DNA of 20,000 nucleotides, taken from IMG/VR virus record IMGVR_UViG_2061766007_000718. One strand, given 5' to 3'. This DNA comes from an uncultured virus (IMG/VR IMGVR_UViG_2061766007_000718). Lineage: Duplodnaviria; Heunggongvirae; Uroviricota; Caudoviricetes. Shown piece by piece: positions 1 through 10,387 of the stretch. The notes under the pieces were generated by a model. The model searched no databases. It was not told the DNA's origin and saw nothing but the letters and a program-made list of their open reading frames with translations. The position numbers and the translations under genes are program-made. How positions within the stretch are numbered: the first letter of the stretch is position 1; every line of letters begins with the position of its first letter.

Positions 1-703
1 TCAACNNNNNNNNNNNNNNNNNNNACCACTATGAGCAGTTGTAACATCACCGCCGTGGACAGAACCAGTTGCAATTGTCCAGTTGACATTTCCTGATAAT
101 ATGCTGGTTGTACAACCGTTACTTCCAAAACTTCCGCTNNNNNNNNNNNNNNNNNNNNNNNNNNNNNNTCGATTGGTGTCCCCACTATACTTTCTTCGAA
201 ATCAAGCGTAACATCATCGAGCAAAAAACCGTAGCCATATTTTGGCACCCCGACAAAACCTATTTGGAAAGTTTCGGCAAGACCGGATACTGGCAAGTCG
301 ACAGTTGCCAAAGTCCAATCATAGGTAATTTCTGAAATAGTCAATAGNNNNNNNNNNNNNNNNATATATTTAACTATTAACTCATCGAAGTCGCCACTCC
401 AGTCTGGACTCGCATAATAGAACGATATTTTTATCGTGCCATTAGCACTAGGACGCGCAAAAACAGGAGAAAGTAACAAAGCAGTATCTCCTTCATATTC
501 GCTATTACTAATAATTGCATTAGTTGTTCCACTATGAGCCGAAGGCAACGTACCTTGAGTATCACCTGTACCTAGACCCCACTCAGCACTTCCTGTTATA
601 ATGCTGGTAGTCCAACCGTTAGTTCCAAAACTTCCGCTCTCGAAATCCTCACTCCACGGATATGTATTCACCTGAGCGAAAGCGCACTGCACAAACATAA
701 GCA
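1..703 (-). CDS. Partial secreted Bacteroidetes surface protein with tandem cleaved-adhesin/MAM-like domains (likely T9SS cargo); start masked, runs off the left edge
   Basis: Manual translation (not in the ORF track): ...LMFVQCAFA|QVNTYPWSEDFESGSFGTNGWTTS...SAHSG...LLLSPVF...ISFYY...WTLATVDLP...FQIGFVG...YGYGFLLDDVTL. A second copy SGSFGSNGCTTS...TTAHSG follows at 26-138. The AFA-Q site looks like a signal peptide cleavage point. N gaps interrupt the frame. Confidence 0.75.
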
Positions 704-810
704 NNNNNNNNNNTCTTTTTTTGCAAAAAAATCACCATAAACCTTAACCCCAACAATGATTCCTTTCTCTATATTCAGATGAATTTCAATATTTCCTCCT
801 TTAGTCCTTA

Positions 811-1669
811 TCATCTTCGAGTACGAATATTTAGGAGAANNNNNNNNNNNNNNNNNNNNNNNNNNNNNNNNNNNNNNNNNNNNNNNNNNNNNNNNNNNNN
901 NNNNNNNNNNNNNNNNNNNNNNNNATGCTTTGTATCCATTATATGCTTCATTATCAAATCACTGAACTGCAATACAGTAAGAGGTTGATTCAGATGCTCG
1001 CTGATATTTGTTACACGTTTGCGCACCGATTTCACTGCCTTATCCTCGAACTTAAGCGGATTCACTTTCAAAGCATTAGACANNNNNNNNNNAAAGCAAA
1101 GTCCCATGATGCAAAATACGTCCGTTGCTCACGCACTGTGCATTGCCAGAAAACTTACGTCCGTCAATCATAAGGTCGTTGCGCCCTTCGAAACGGGCAT
1201 CAACGCCAAGACCGTTAAGCACTTCGAGTATCGGCTGCGTAAAAGTTCGGAAATTNNNNNNNNNNCATTACCAGAAAACTTCCGTCCGTCAATCATAAGG
1301 TCGTTGCGACCTTCGAAACGAGCATCAACACCTAAACCGTTAAGCACTTCAAGTATCGGTTGCGTAAAAGTCCGAAAATTGCCTGTGCTATTGCTTTCAC
1401 AAAAAGTAAAGTTCAAGTTTTGCAAATCGTGGAACACNNNNNNNNNNAAAGTTCAAGTTCTGCAAATCGTGGAACACAGCCCCTCCTCCTGTGAGACGGC
1501 GAACCACCTTAATTCCTTTTTCCTTGACAAAATCGAGATTTATCTCGGCAAGCGAATTCTGGAATCGCCCCACAATAATCGCCGGCTCGTTGCGCCATAG
1601 CATAAAAATATCTTCAGAAAAATGAGTAAAAACATATTCCTCAACAGCCATATTGAAATAGGCATCGTT
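811..1669 (-). CDS. lplA: Lipoate-protein ligase A (fragmented by N gaps and duplicated haplotype segments; ends uncertain)
   Basis: Motifs NDAYFNMAVEEY, LWRNEPAIIVGRFQN, VVRRLTGGGAVFHDLQNLNF, GRNDLMIDGRKFSGNA and KAVKSVRKRVTNI are spread over ORF pieces 1397-1651, 1168-1437 and 811-1107. Confidence 0.9.
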
Positions 1670-1713
1670 NNNNNNNNNNTGTAATCGTTTCGTACACTTT
1701 GGAAAATTTTGCG

Positions 1714-1721
1714 CAAAAATA
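1714..1721 (-). promoter_or_regulatory. Bacteroidetes -7 promoter element (TATTTTTG) upstream of lplA
   Basis: Matches the TAnnTTTG consensus just upstream of the lplA 5' end. Confidence 0.45.
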
Positions 1722-1728
1722 CAATATT

Positions 1729-1760
1729 ATTTACGATTTACGATTTTAGATTTACGATTT
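1729..1760. repeat. Short 7-bp tandem repeat (ATTTACG/ATTTTAG) in the intergenic region
   Basis: atttacgatttacgattttagatttacgattt. Confidence 0.7.
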
Positions 1761-1868
1761 ATTAGGCACAAAGCATACCCTATGAACATATCGAACGAAA
1801 GCCAATCTTCTGTAAATCATTTCACTTTCAATCTTACTCAAAAAAATCGACATTTTTTGAAATAAAAT

Positions 1869-1899
1869 TTTGCCAGTTCAAAAAAATGCTATACCTTTG
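1869..1899 (+). promoter_or_regulatory. Bacteroidetes primary-sigma promoter for the tRNA
   Basis: TTTG (1869-1872), 19-nt spacer, TACCTTTG (1892-1899), directly upstream of the tRNA 5' end. A second haplotype copy is at ~2029-2057. Confidence 0.8.
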
Positions 1900-1916
1900 C
1901 AACCGCAAAATTGACT

Positions 1917-1940
1917 GGTACCTTAGCTCAGTTGGTAGAG
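1917..1940 (+). tRNA. tRNA 5' fragment (probably tRNA-Phe); the rest is lost in a gap
   Basis: GGTACCTTAGCTCAGTTGGTAGAG is an acceptor stem plus D-arm and resembles Bacteroidetes tRNA-Phe 5' ends. The anticodon is not visible. Confidence 0.75.
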
Positions 1941-2077
1941 NNNNNNNNNNTCATCCTTCATATAAATACCTAGAAATAAACATCATAAAGTTACATTTCA
2001 AAAATTTAAACATTTTTTGAAATAAAATTTTGCCAGTTTCAAAAAATGGCATACCTTNNNNNNNNNNNNNNNNNNNN

Positions 2078-2150
2078 NNNNNNNNNNNNNNNNNNNNNNN
2101 NNNNNNNNNNNNNNNNNNNNNNNNNNNNNNNNNNNNNNNNNNNNNNACCA
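2078..2150 (+). tRNA. Masked tRNA (same gene, second haplotype copy); its 3' end is the probable prophage attachment site
   Basis: A duplicate promoter ends at 2057 and is followed by an 89-nt N run, then ACCA. This fits ~20 nt of leader plus a 73-nt tRNA ending ...GGTACC-A, complementary to the GGTACC 5' end. Confidence 0.55.
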
Positions 2151-2172
2151 AGGTTGAAAATCAACAAGTTAC

Positions 2173-2202
2173 AAATAGTCCGGACTAAAATCCGGACTAT
2201 TT
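2173..2202. terminator. Bidirectional intrinsic terminator between the tRNA and the tail operon
   Basis: AAATAGTCCGGA-ctaaaa-TCCGGACTATTT, a perfect 12-bp stem with A/T flanks between convergent transcripts. Confidence 0.75.
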
Positions 2203-2220
2203 TGATTTAGTTCCCCTGCT

Positions 2221-4644
2221 TTACATCTTACTCAGACGATCATAGATGTCACTTATTTGCCCAGCCATCTTGTCAACTTGTGATTCTAAATTATCATGTC
2301 TTAACACAAGAACAGACTGGTTGTCATCAACACCTTCTATTGAACTTTGAAGTTGCAGTTTCGTACTTTCAAGATTAGCATTATTCGCAGAAATCATTTC
2401 ATAGTTATTTGTGACAGCAACGCCTAAATCAATTATCGAATGTGTAAATTCGTCAATCCTGCTTTTCTTTCGCTTTACATTGCTAATCTCTATTGTCGGA
2501 GAGTTTTCATTGTTATAGGGACGCTTAACATTGACTATTCTGAAAGTACGCGCTGGCGTCATAAACGAACTGTCCTGTATCTTCAAGCATAGTCCGGAAC
2601 TTAGTCCCTGATTGATTGTATCGTTGTTGTTCATGAACGTGCCGTCAACTTCAACAGAATAGGTTGTGCCGTCTGCCTGATACTCTGCCAACTGCTTTAC
2701 TGCTTCCTTGAAAAGTTTTAACTCTGATGCTCCGATATATGAAGCTGGCATTTCACAATTAACTATTACATAGTGGTCGCCAACTGCTGGGTGCAATGTA
2801 GCATTGGGTACATCGACTCCGCCAATTTGAATTTGTCCAATCGTGAAATTCTTGGTATATTCTTGAATATTGCCAGTTACATAAGTTCTTATATGCGCTC
2901 TATACGCATTTGTCAATGTTCCTGTTACTACTAATGTAAAGGTAAGCTCTATTACCAATTCGTATGTTCCTGATGTTAATTCTTCTGTTCTTACAATGGC
3001 ATACCCATCATCAATTTTACATGAAGTAGGCCAATAACTATTGGGGTTGAGGTTATATGGTAGATTCTGGCTGAATACCTCACTATTACCCTTCTTTAGA
3101 TAACATCTTGCAGATAAGGTCGTTTGTGGAAGAAATTCCGTAACAAAATTCAAATTGAAATAAGGATTGATATTGAAACTTACACTCTTTGTTCCACTAA
3201 CGGTAAAACTATGTACAGTTCGGCTATAAGTGTATTGAGTGTTTTGTGCCATAGGATAAAAGATAGTTCCATCCGAACTATCTGGTGCTGTCTTTAACAA
3301 ATGATAGTTTCCTGTGTTGCCATACTCCACATTAAACTCCATGCCAGCCAATGCTCCGTCCTGGAAGATTATCTTCATGCTCTGTTCTCTCAAAGCGGTG
3401 TAATCAAAATTTAATGAAGAATCTGTGATAACATATAAGTCTCGATTATCGGTTGTCACTCCCGAAACCGTACCTACTCTGCTTGGATATACATCTGGGA
3501 AACTGGCGGTTTCCTCCCTTTCAAATCCGTTCATAGTTCCGAGTTTCATCACAGCCGTTCCATTCTTAGAAGCAACATACTCAACATATCCAGCAGGGAC
3601 AGAATAATTGTCATAACGTTCCCTATATACACCTGATACTGGAAGAAAATCTACTCCGTTATAGAGCAAAATCGCCCTGCACATAAAACTACCACCGTTA
3701 ATATTATGGTCCACTGCAACTGGCATGTGAAGCACATTGGATTCATAATCGTTTGTTCCGTATGTGATAATGTTCTTTTCAGAGCCTACTACATGCAGAA
3801 CACCAACAATATCTTGTGCGCCTGTTGCCTTGATTGACTTCAAGCCATTGTACTTGCCATACATTAAGGCTGTGCTGTTCTCTGCCGTGTCCGAATATAA
3901 CCTTATACCATATCTGCCGCTTTCATCTACCCACGGAATACCACCGCCATTAGGAATGTAGAAATAGTCAAGCAATTCGAAATTGTAGTTGTAGGCGTGT
4001 CCGTATAGTTCCGACAACTGTTCAAGCGCATCTGCACAAGTTATGCTGTCGTAGGATATGGTCTTTAAGTCGCTACTTGCCTGCCAGAACGGAGAAGCAT
4101 TGTAAGTTGATGCACCGGCATAATTGGACCTATATGCAGTTCCAGAGAACTGACCCAAATATATTTTCAAAATGTTATCATCGTTTATATCCCAATCAAC
4201 GACACTTCTTATTACACATTCGAGTTGCTGCAACTCAGTACCAGTAAGAGAGAATGTAACGCTTTTGGTCTGCGGATCCTTTACGAACTTTCGTCTATAT
4301 TTCTCTCTCCAAGCATTATAAAACTTCAATGTGTATTCGTAATGGGTTTCCGAATACTTTGTAAAAGTAGGCTCTTCAAGTGTAACTATGTTGTCTTTTC
4401 TTGACAGACTGCCGCCAAGACCTACTTTGATATAAAGATGATGCTCCAACCGCGAATACTTCTTGAAGTCGTAGTAGTGGTCTAACTTGAAGTGCAACTC
4501 AATGAATGTGCTGTTCTGGTAGCTGTCCTGATAATAGGAACTATCGTCTGCTTCAATCTCTACTATTTCGTAGCCTTGCGGAAAAGTCGGCTCATTGTTC
4601 GCCATGCCAGTTTCCAAATACTTAGGCGGATAAATCTTTGTCAT
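2221..4644 (-). CDS. Phage tail-tip/baseplate hub protein with C-terminal coiled coil
   Basis: 807 aa, second gene after the tape measure. Motifs VVGSEKNI, VYPSRVGTVSGV, IIFQDGALAGMEF and PAVGDHYVIVNCEMPASYI resemble Bacteroidetes phage tail proteins. The C-terminus is heptad-like. Confidence 0.75.
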   Translation of the reverse strand: MTKIYPPKYLETGMANNEPTFPQGYEIVEIEADDSSYYQDSYQNSTFIELHFKLDHYYDFKKYSRLEHHLYIKVGLGGSLSRKDNIVTLEEPTFTKYSETHYEYTLKFYNAWREKYRRKFVKDPQTKSVTFSLTGTELQQLECVIRSVVDWDINDDNILKIYLGQFSGTAYRSNYAGASTYNASPFWQASSDLKTISYDSITCADALEQLSELYGHAYNYNFELLDYFYIPNGGGIPWVDESGRYGIRLYSDTAENSTALMYGKYNGLKSIKATGAQDIVGVLHVVGSEKNIITYGTNDYESNVLHMPVAVDHNINGGSFMCRAILLYNGVDFLPVSGVYRERYDNYSVPAGYVEYVASKNGTAVMKLGTMNGFEREETASFPDVYPSRVGTVSGVTTDNRDLYVITDSSLNFDYTALREQSMKIIFQDGALAGMEFNVEYGNTGNYHLLKTAPDSSDGTIFYPMAQNTQYTYSRTVHSFTVSGTKSVSFNINPYFNLNFVTEFLPQTTLSARCYLKKGNSEVFSQNLPYNLNPNSYWPTSCKIDDGYAIVRTEELTSGTYELVIELTFTLVVTGTLTNAYRAHIRTYVTGNIQEYTKNFTIGQIQIGGVDVPNATLHPAVGDHYVIVNCEMPASYIGASELKLFKEAVKQLAEYQADGTTYSVEVDGTFMNNNDTINQGLSSGLCLKIQDSSFMTPARTFRIVNVKRPYNNENSPTIEISNVKRKKSRIDEFTHSIIDLGVAVTNNYEMISANNANLESTKLQLQSSIEGVDDNQSVLVLRHDNLESQVDKMAGQISDIYDRLSKM

Positions 4645-4645
4645 A

Positions 4646-5812
4646 CTAAACTAATGTTGGTGTGTTATAAACTTTGAATGTCAACGAGAAATCCCAGTAT
4701 ATCTGAGTGTAATTGCCATTCTTCTGTATGTGGAATTTTTTGCTGTTGCACGATTCGTAGTAGCATTGGAGTTGCAAGGTCTTTTTATACCCTATGTCTA
4801 AACGAATATACTGCCAAAATCCGAACAGATTTTCCGTTGTATCTCCGTCAGAAACTCCACCAGTATATTCTGTTGGAACTAAACCTCTGAACAACTCCCA
4901 CAGCAAGGCTTGGTAGTTAATCCAGAAAATCAGTCGCGATGGTGCCCGTAGCAGGCAGTTGAGAGTTATCGAATAACCTGCCGTGCTTGTCAATGCCCTT
5001 ATAGTCTGCCCTGCTGAAAATTCCGATGTGATGTCGTAGCTTGTTTTCAACGATGGCTTTCCCTGCACCGATAAACTTGTCCCTCGTAGCAAACACACGC
5101 CATACCTCAACGAATTTATCAAGGCTACACCTCCATTAGTTACAGATCTGCCAATATAAAATGGCTGTCCGTTATACTTCAAGTGATTTCCTGTCTGCTG
5201 GTCTATTACATCGCTGTCGAGCCAAGCAGGATTCAGACTAAACGCAGCTCTGTATCTGCTTGCATTCGAATCCCAGGTCATAGACATAACATTGACAGGT
5301 ATAGTCGGCTTGTCAATCGTGAAAGTGTAGGTAATGGAATGCTGTGTGGCGAGTTCTTGAAATTCGCTCACATAGTTAACCTTGGGGGTTACAATACGCA
5401 ATGTGATAGGCGGAAACGCATCAACGGAAGTTGCACCAAAGTAGGTCAAGGTATGTGTTGCACTTGCAGTCATAAACGAATGAAATGCTTCAAAGCTGTC
5501 GTACTGACTTTTCTTGCAGTAGAATGTCAGGTCGAATGTTTTGCTTGCTGGGAGCAAGACTCTGTTGAAATCAACATCAAGTCCGCTGTGTTCGTCCCAT
5601 TCGTTGTACTGAACTCCTTTCGAGTTTGGAAACTGCAATATCTTCGCATAACTGCCATCGGCAAGGTAAACGCCATATTCCTGCGCTATGTCGTAGCCGT
5701 CTATAAGTATTGCAGGAATGTTCTCTGCCGGCAATACAGGAATTACAGGTCTGATTTCCTGTAGCAAATCCTGACTGCTGTCGTATATCGGGTAAATGTT
5801 AATAGCCGCCAT
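4646..5812 (-). CDS. Distal tail (Dit)-like protein
   Basis: 388 aa directly downstream of the tape measure gene. LIDGYDIAQEYGV...YNEWDEHSGLDVD resembles Bacteroidetes siphophage post-TMP proteins. Confidence 0.6.
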   Translation of the reverse strand: MAAINIYPIYDSSQDLLQEIRPVIPVLPAENIPAILIDGYDIAQEYGVYLADGSYAKILQFPNSKGVQYNEWDEHSGLDVDFNRVLLPASKTFDLTFYCKKSQYDSFEAFHSFMTASATHTLTYFGATSVDAFPPITLRIVTPKVNYVSEFQELATQHSITYTFTIDKPTIPVNVMSMTWDSNASRYRAAFSLNPAWLDSDVIDQQTGNHLKYNGQPFYIGRSVTNGGVALINSLRYGVCLLRGTSLSVQGKPSLKTSYDITSEFSAGQTIRALTSTAGYSITLNCLLRAPSRLIFWINYQALLWELFRGLVPTEYTGGVSDGDTTENLFGFWQYIRLDIGYKKTLQLQCYYESCNSKKFHIQKNGNYTQIYWDFSLTFKVYNTPTLV

Positions 5813-5813
5813 A

Positions 5814-8800
5814 TCAGTTCATTCTTATTCCGTTGTTAACAATATCTTGCATATAACCGTTCATCGCGTCAATCTTTCCGCTGATGTTCTCTTGGAATCC
5901 TCGTATGTCGGACACATCGCGCATTATGCTTGTGCTGTTCTGGTAGAGCCTTTCAACCGAACCGCTAATGCTTGCCGTGAACATCTGAACAGACAAGAAC
6001 CTGCCGTTANNNNNNNNNNNNNNNNNNNNNNNNNNNNNNNNNNNNNNNTTCCCTTCGTTCCTTCAAGCGCTATGTCGTTGGCAAGTCCCATAGATTCCAT
6101 AAGGTTGGCGTAGAACTTTTCTCCTCGTTCTGCTAATGCCGTAATCTTGTTTTGGAATTCCACTTGCTCCGCTTCAGAAAGTCCATCACCGGTTATCTGT
6201 TCGTAGTAGTCGTTGAATATGCCCTCGAACTGCTTGCTCATAAAGTCTGACAGAAACTTCTGCTTGGCAAAGTTCTTTAGCATATCCTCCCAAGTACCCA
6301 TCGCTTCATCAGCAGCACTTGTTCCGTTCTCCCACGCCTTGATTATTGCATTGCCGAATGCAGTGACAGCATCAGAACTTGTGGAATATCCAGTAAGCAT
6401 TTCCATACGCCTTTCCTGTTCGTCTGTAATCTTCTTCTGGGTTTCAAGGATTCTTTCATCTATTTCGGCAATCTCACCTTCCAGTTGTTCCCTTTGCTCT
6501 GTGGTAAGATTTCCTTTTAGCAACTCCTTCAACTCTTCTTTTTCTTTATTGAGAGCCTCGATTTCTTCATTAAACTTTCTCTCAATGAAATTGGAATAAG
6601 CGACAGCGGTCAAGCCTACGCTATTGTCGCGAACATTTGATAGCCTTTCTATCATATCTGCAATCTTGTCAACCGCCTCGTTACCTTTTTTTTCTAGAGC
6701 GTCAATATGTTCTGTAAACATAGCATCAGACCATTTGATAGTATTGCTAATCAGATTAGTGACCATTCCAATAGCGGAAGCTGCTGCTCCGACATAGTTG
6801 CCTTGTGCTGCATTCTGAATGATATTAAGACCATCGGAAAACATCTGGAGACTTGTTTCCATTGCCACCTTTTCAGAATCTGTCATATCATCAAATGCTC
6901 CGGCTAAATCCGCTACGGCATCAGTCATTTCCTTGATTTTGCCTATGGTTTCGTCTGTCGTCTTGCCAAATATCTTCTCCGAAATAGACGTATCTTCTTC
7001 TGTCTCCTCCTGAGTATTTGCTATCGCTTCATTTACCGCATTCAATGCCACTGTCAATTTATTAACTTTCTCTACATCATCTTCATCTGTACAATTTTCG
7101 AGTTCTTCAGCTAAATCATTAGCAAGTTCTATCATGCTTTCTAAACTAACTCCAAGTGTTCCAGTAAGTATTAACGATAATTGTCTCACCTGCTCTGGAT
7201 CAAGACTTTCATTCAATGCTTCTACTTGCTTGTTGTAATCTTTTGTAACTGCATCAATAACTGACTTATTTGCTCCATTCTTTTCAAGTTTAGCAATCTT
7301 ATCATTCTTTTCCTTGGTCAACTGGACATACTTGTCGGCATAGGACTTGTATTTGTTCAACTGCTCATCATAAATTTTGGCAGTCTCTTCCTTAATTTTA
7401 TTTGCAGTTTCAACCTCCTTGTTGTTAGATATTTTTTCGTGCATTTCTTCTTTTGTAAATCTGCCTTGCTTCTCCCTCTGTTCCGAAATGTACTTGTCTA
7501 TTTCCGACTGCACAGCAAGCGGGTGCTGCTTCTTATAGTCGTATGTGAGAAGTTCAACCCACTTGTCATCTATCTCCTTGTAGGTGGCATCAAGAGCTGC
7601 AATCTCCTTGTCCTTTGCCTCGTTGAGTTGGTCCGTAATCTGCTTTACCCTGTCGGCTAGATACTTTGCAGTTTCACTCTTCTTGTTCTTCAATGAAGTT
7701 TCAAAGAATTTATCCTGCCTTGCTGCATTGTCTTCCAGTGACTTCTGATACCTTGATGTTTCTTCGTCAAGTCTCTTCTGTTCTGCCGTTATACGCTGGT
7801 TGAGGTCTTCAAGTTTCTCTTTATCTTTTTTCTTTCCGCTATCAGCAATATTGTCCTCGTTGGCATCTATCTTGGCTCTTTCTTTTTTCAAATAGTCAAG
7901 ATAATCGGTGCCGTATGCTTTTAGTTTCTCATATTTCTGACGACCACTTTCTGCAATCTGCTTGTCAGAAGATGCCATTTGCTCAAAGGCTTCCTTGTAA
8001 GCCTTTGACATCTTATCCAATTCATTTTCATTCTGCTTGGTACTTGCAGTAAACTTGTCGCTTGCATCCCTCGCCTCGTCAAGCGGTTGCCTTAGATTGG
8101 AGAGTGTTTCCATTTCCGATTTCAACCCTGCTTCAAATGCTTCTGCAGTACGACCTAAATCGGCTTTGATATTCGATACTACACCTTGAATTCCATTGGT
8201 AGCTGCCCTATATTCTTTTTCATCAGTAGTCCTCTGGGCGTGCATATAATGAGCAAGCAAATCTACCTGATCTTGCGTAACACCATATTCTTCCTTGAGG
8301 TTTTCTAATGCTTCCTCCCTGTCATCATAACTAAGACCGTTGATTCTTCTGATTTCTGTTTCAACAGCAAGCTGATCTGCTCTTGTTTCTGCAAGCCTCT
8401 TGGCATATTCATCGGCAATGGCTTGAGACTTTGCGACTTGCATCCATACAGTTGCCAAATCCTTTACCTTGTCAATATTTTTGATGAGCCAATCGCGAGA
8501 AACCCCCAACTTTTTTGCTGTACTATCTACGGCATCAGTCCATTCCCTTGTTCCTTTCTTAGCCTTGTCAATTGTGGTAATGTTTCTCTGCATCTCAACT
8601 ATATCCTGCTGGACGCTTCGTACACCTTCCGACCTTGCTTCGTTGAGAAGTTGCTGATTCTTTATCCTCTGCTGTTCAAGATAATCGCCACGCTCTTCCT
8701 CGTCGTTTGCTTGAACAATAAGTGTAATGAGAGTAACTAATGCCGAAATTGCCGCCAATATCCAACCTATCACAGGTATAGACTTAATGGCAACTCCTAC

Positions 8801-9795
8801 TGCCTTGATACCACCGACCAATCCGACTGATGAAGCTGTAGCGACATTCTCTCCGGCTGCAAATGCCGTGGTTGCTGCCGTTCCCGATGCTGTTNNNNNN
8901 NNNNNNNNNNNNNNNNNNNNNNNNNNNNNNNNNCAGTTTTCATTTTGGTCCACAGAGTACTCAGTTTCATTCGCAAAGCACTCTCTTTCTGCAGTTGGTT
9001 CTGGATGACTGTTAGGGAATTTGTCAAGGCTAATACTCCCTGCAACTTTGTCATAACAACAGCAAGTTCCTCCGAGTCTTCACCAAACAGAGCCATAGAA
9101 CCCTGAACAGCGCCAAACGAAGCTGCCATAAGGTTTATTCCTCCTACAGCAGCATCCAAGTTGCCAGTATCACTTGCCGTGTTCTTTATCGTTGAGTTGA
9201 CATCATCCATTGTGTCGCGAAGAGCACCAGCCTTTTGTGTGAGTTCATCAATCTTCATTTTTAGAGCCTGACCTTCCGCACTTGCCTGTTCTGCAGCAGA
9301 CATTTCTCGGTACTTCATAAGCAGATTGCCAAGTTCTATTGTGGTTTCACGCAACTTTGCCTTTAAGGTTTCATCTGCACTACCCGAAGCCATCTTGTCC
9401 CGTTGAGCATTGAGTTCTTTAAGCTTGTCGTACTGCTCATCGTATTGCCCGGAGAGTTGTATTTCAGATTCTATCAGATTCTTGATGGCGTCTTCCGTTT
9501 TCTTCATATCGATATAAAGGACACTACCAGCATCAAAGTCCCCTGCTGCAAATGCAGACTGCAGTTCTCCAAGTCTTTTTTGAAGCCTCTCAAGTTCCTT
9601 GTCCTTATTCTCCAGTTCTGTGCTTGTGGCACTCATAGCATTCTTTACTGATTCTATTTCCTTGTCAAGTGCCTTGAATGCATTAGAACCGGAAGTTCCT
9701 ACAGAATCAAGATTCGCCTTTATTCCAGCGATTTCTTCCTGCATTTTCTGTATGTCGAACTTAATTTCAAATATGAGTTCATTTGAATCTGCCAT
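5814..9795 (-). CDS. Tape measure protein (~1325 aa; appears as three ORFs because two N gaps shift the frame)
   Basis: ATG at 9795 (MADSNELIFEIKFD). Long helical coiled coil with hydrophobic IKSIPVIGWILAAISALV and GNYVGAAASAIG segments, ending NGRFLSVQMF...IVNNGIRMN. Frame changes coincide with the N runs at 8895-8933 and 6010-6048. Confidence 0.88.
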
Positions 9796-9819
9796 CTTCG
9801 TAATGTTTAAATTTCCCAA

Positions 9820-9857
9820 CAAAAGTAAAAGGACGGTGTTTTAAAGTCAAACACTTT
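9820..9857 (-). promoter_or_regulatory. Phage promoter for the TMP operon, carrying the shared box
   Basis: Minus strand AAAGTG-TTTG, 20-nt spacer, TACTTTTG. Shares AGTCAAACACTTT (+ strand) with 15952-15964 and 16415-16427. Confidence 0.75.
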
Positions 9858-9858
9858 C

Positions 9859-10052
9859 AAAAATGACGGACGACACTATATTATGGGTAGCCGTTAATAT
9901 ACATTAATAGCCTTTAATAGCCTTTAATAGCCTCTTCAAAACAGGCTATTTAACAATAACACCACACAATTGCCCATTGTGGGGGTAATGTAGGGTAAAA
10001 TGTAGGGGTAAATGTAGGGTAAATGTAGGGTAAAAAATGACGGACGACACTA
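9859..10052. repeat. Repeat-rich intergenic segment: 20-bp direct repeats enclosing two tandem repeat arrays
   Basis: AAAAATGACGGACGACACTA at 9859-9878 and 10033-10052. (TTAATAGCCT)x3 at 9904-9933 with an inverted near-copy at 9943-9953. About five TGTAGGG(G)TAA(A) units at 9978-10034. Confidence 0.85.
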
Positions 10053-10068
10053 ACAAAAGCATCGTCCG
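10032..10068 (-). terminator. Intrinsic terminator after the tail chaperone genes
   Basis: Minus strand CGGACGATGCT-tttgtt-AGTGTCGTCCG (with G-U pairs) followed by TCATTTTTT. Confidence 0.7.
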
Positions 10069-10111
10069 CCGTGATAATTATGGAGATACATCTACTGGTA
10101 AGAAAGCCGTA

Positions 10112-10387
10112 TCAGTTGAACAGCGACAGGTACGCGCTACGGCCTTCCTCGCTGTCTATGTCAACGCTATCGTCCTTGTCGTAATCGTAACTCGGCAACA
10201 CCGATTCGTACAATATCAGATTGGCGTATGAAACTTCGTACAACGCATAGTCGAAACTTACATTGAACGACTTTACAAAACCTGCGACTACTGCCCAGAT
10301 ACTGTCGTTTGGTTCGTCTTTCCGTCCACTTCCCTTCTTGCCTTTAGAAGATTTATTTCTATCAGGGAAGTGGTAGTTACGAAAAAA
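10112..10387 (-). CDS. -1 frameshift extension of the tail assembly chaperone (gpGT-like)
   Basis: Slippery T TTT TTC at 10381-10387. The -1 frame is open from there to TGA at 10112 (…DEPNDSIWAVVAGFVKSFNVSFDYALYEVSYANLILYESVLPSYD…), has no ATG of its own, and is closed by TGA just upstream of the heptamer. Confidence 0.75.
   Translation of the reverse strand, partial: FFRNYHFPDRNKSSKGKKGSGRKDEPNDSIWAVVAGFVKSFNVSFDYALYEVSYANLILYESVLPSYDYDKDDSVDIDSEEGRSAYLSLFN

Noticed and set aside
26..640. Nucleotide repeat between 26-138 and 525-640
   Set aside because: Explained by tandem adhesin-domain repeats within the host surface protein.
1143..1477. Apparent internal duplications and frameshifts in lplA (1143-1255 vs 1268-1380; 1410-1437 vs 1450-1477), suggesting a pseudogene or a DGR-like repeat pair
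   Set aside because: The copies abut 10-N gaps and differ at synonymous positions, not specifically at adenines. This fits co-assembled strain haplotypes, and no reverse transcriptase is present.
1851..2150. Two tandem tRNA genes with duplicated promoters
   Set aside because: The copies are separated by a 10-N gap like the other haplotype duplications, so this is most likely one locus represented twice. A real tandem pair cannot be fully excluded.
5814..9822. Tape measure gene split into three ORFs (pseudogene or programmed frameshift)
   Set aside because: Both frame changes fall within N runs of uncertain length, and the protein reads continuously across them.
9859..10052. Mini CRISPR array
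   Set aside because: There are only two 20-bp repeats, separated by 154 bp of internally repetitive sequence, and no cas genes.
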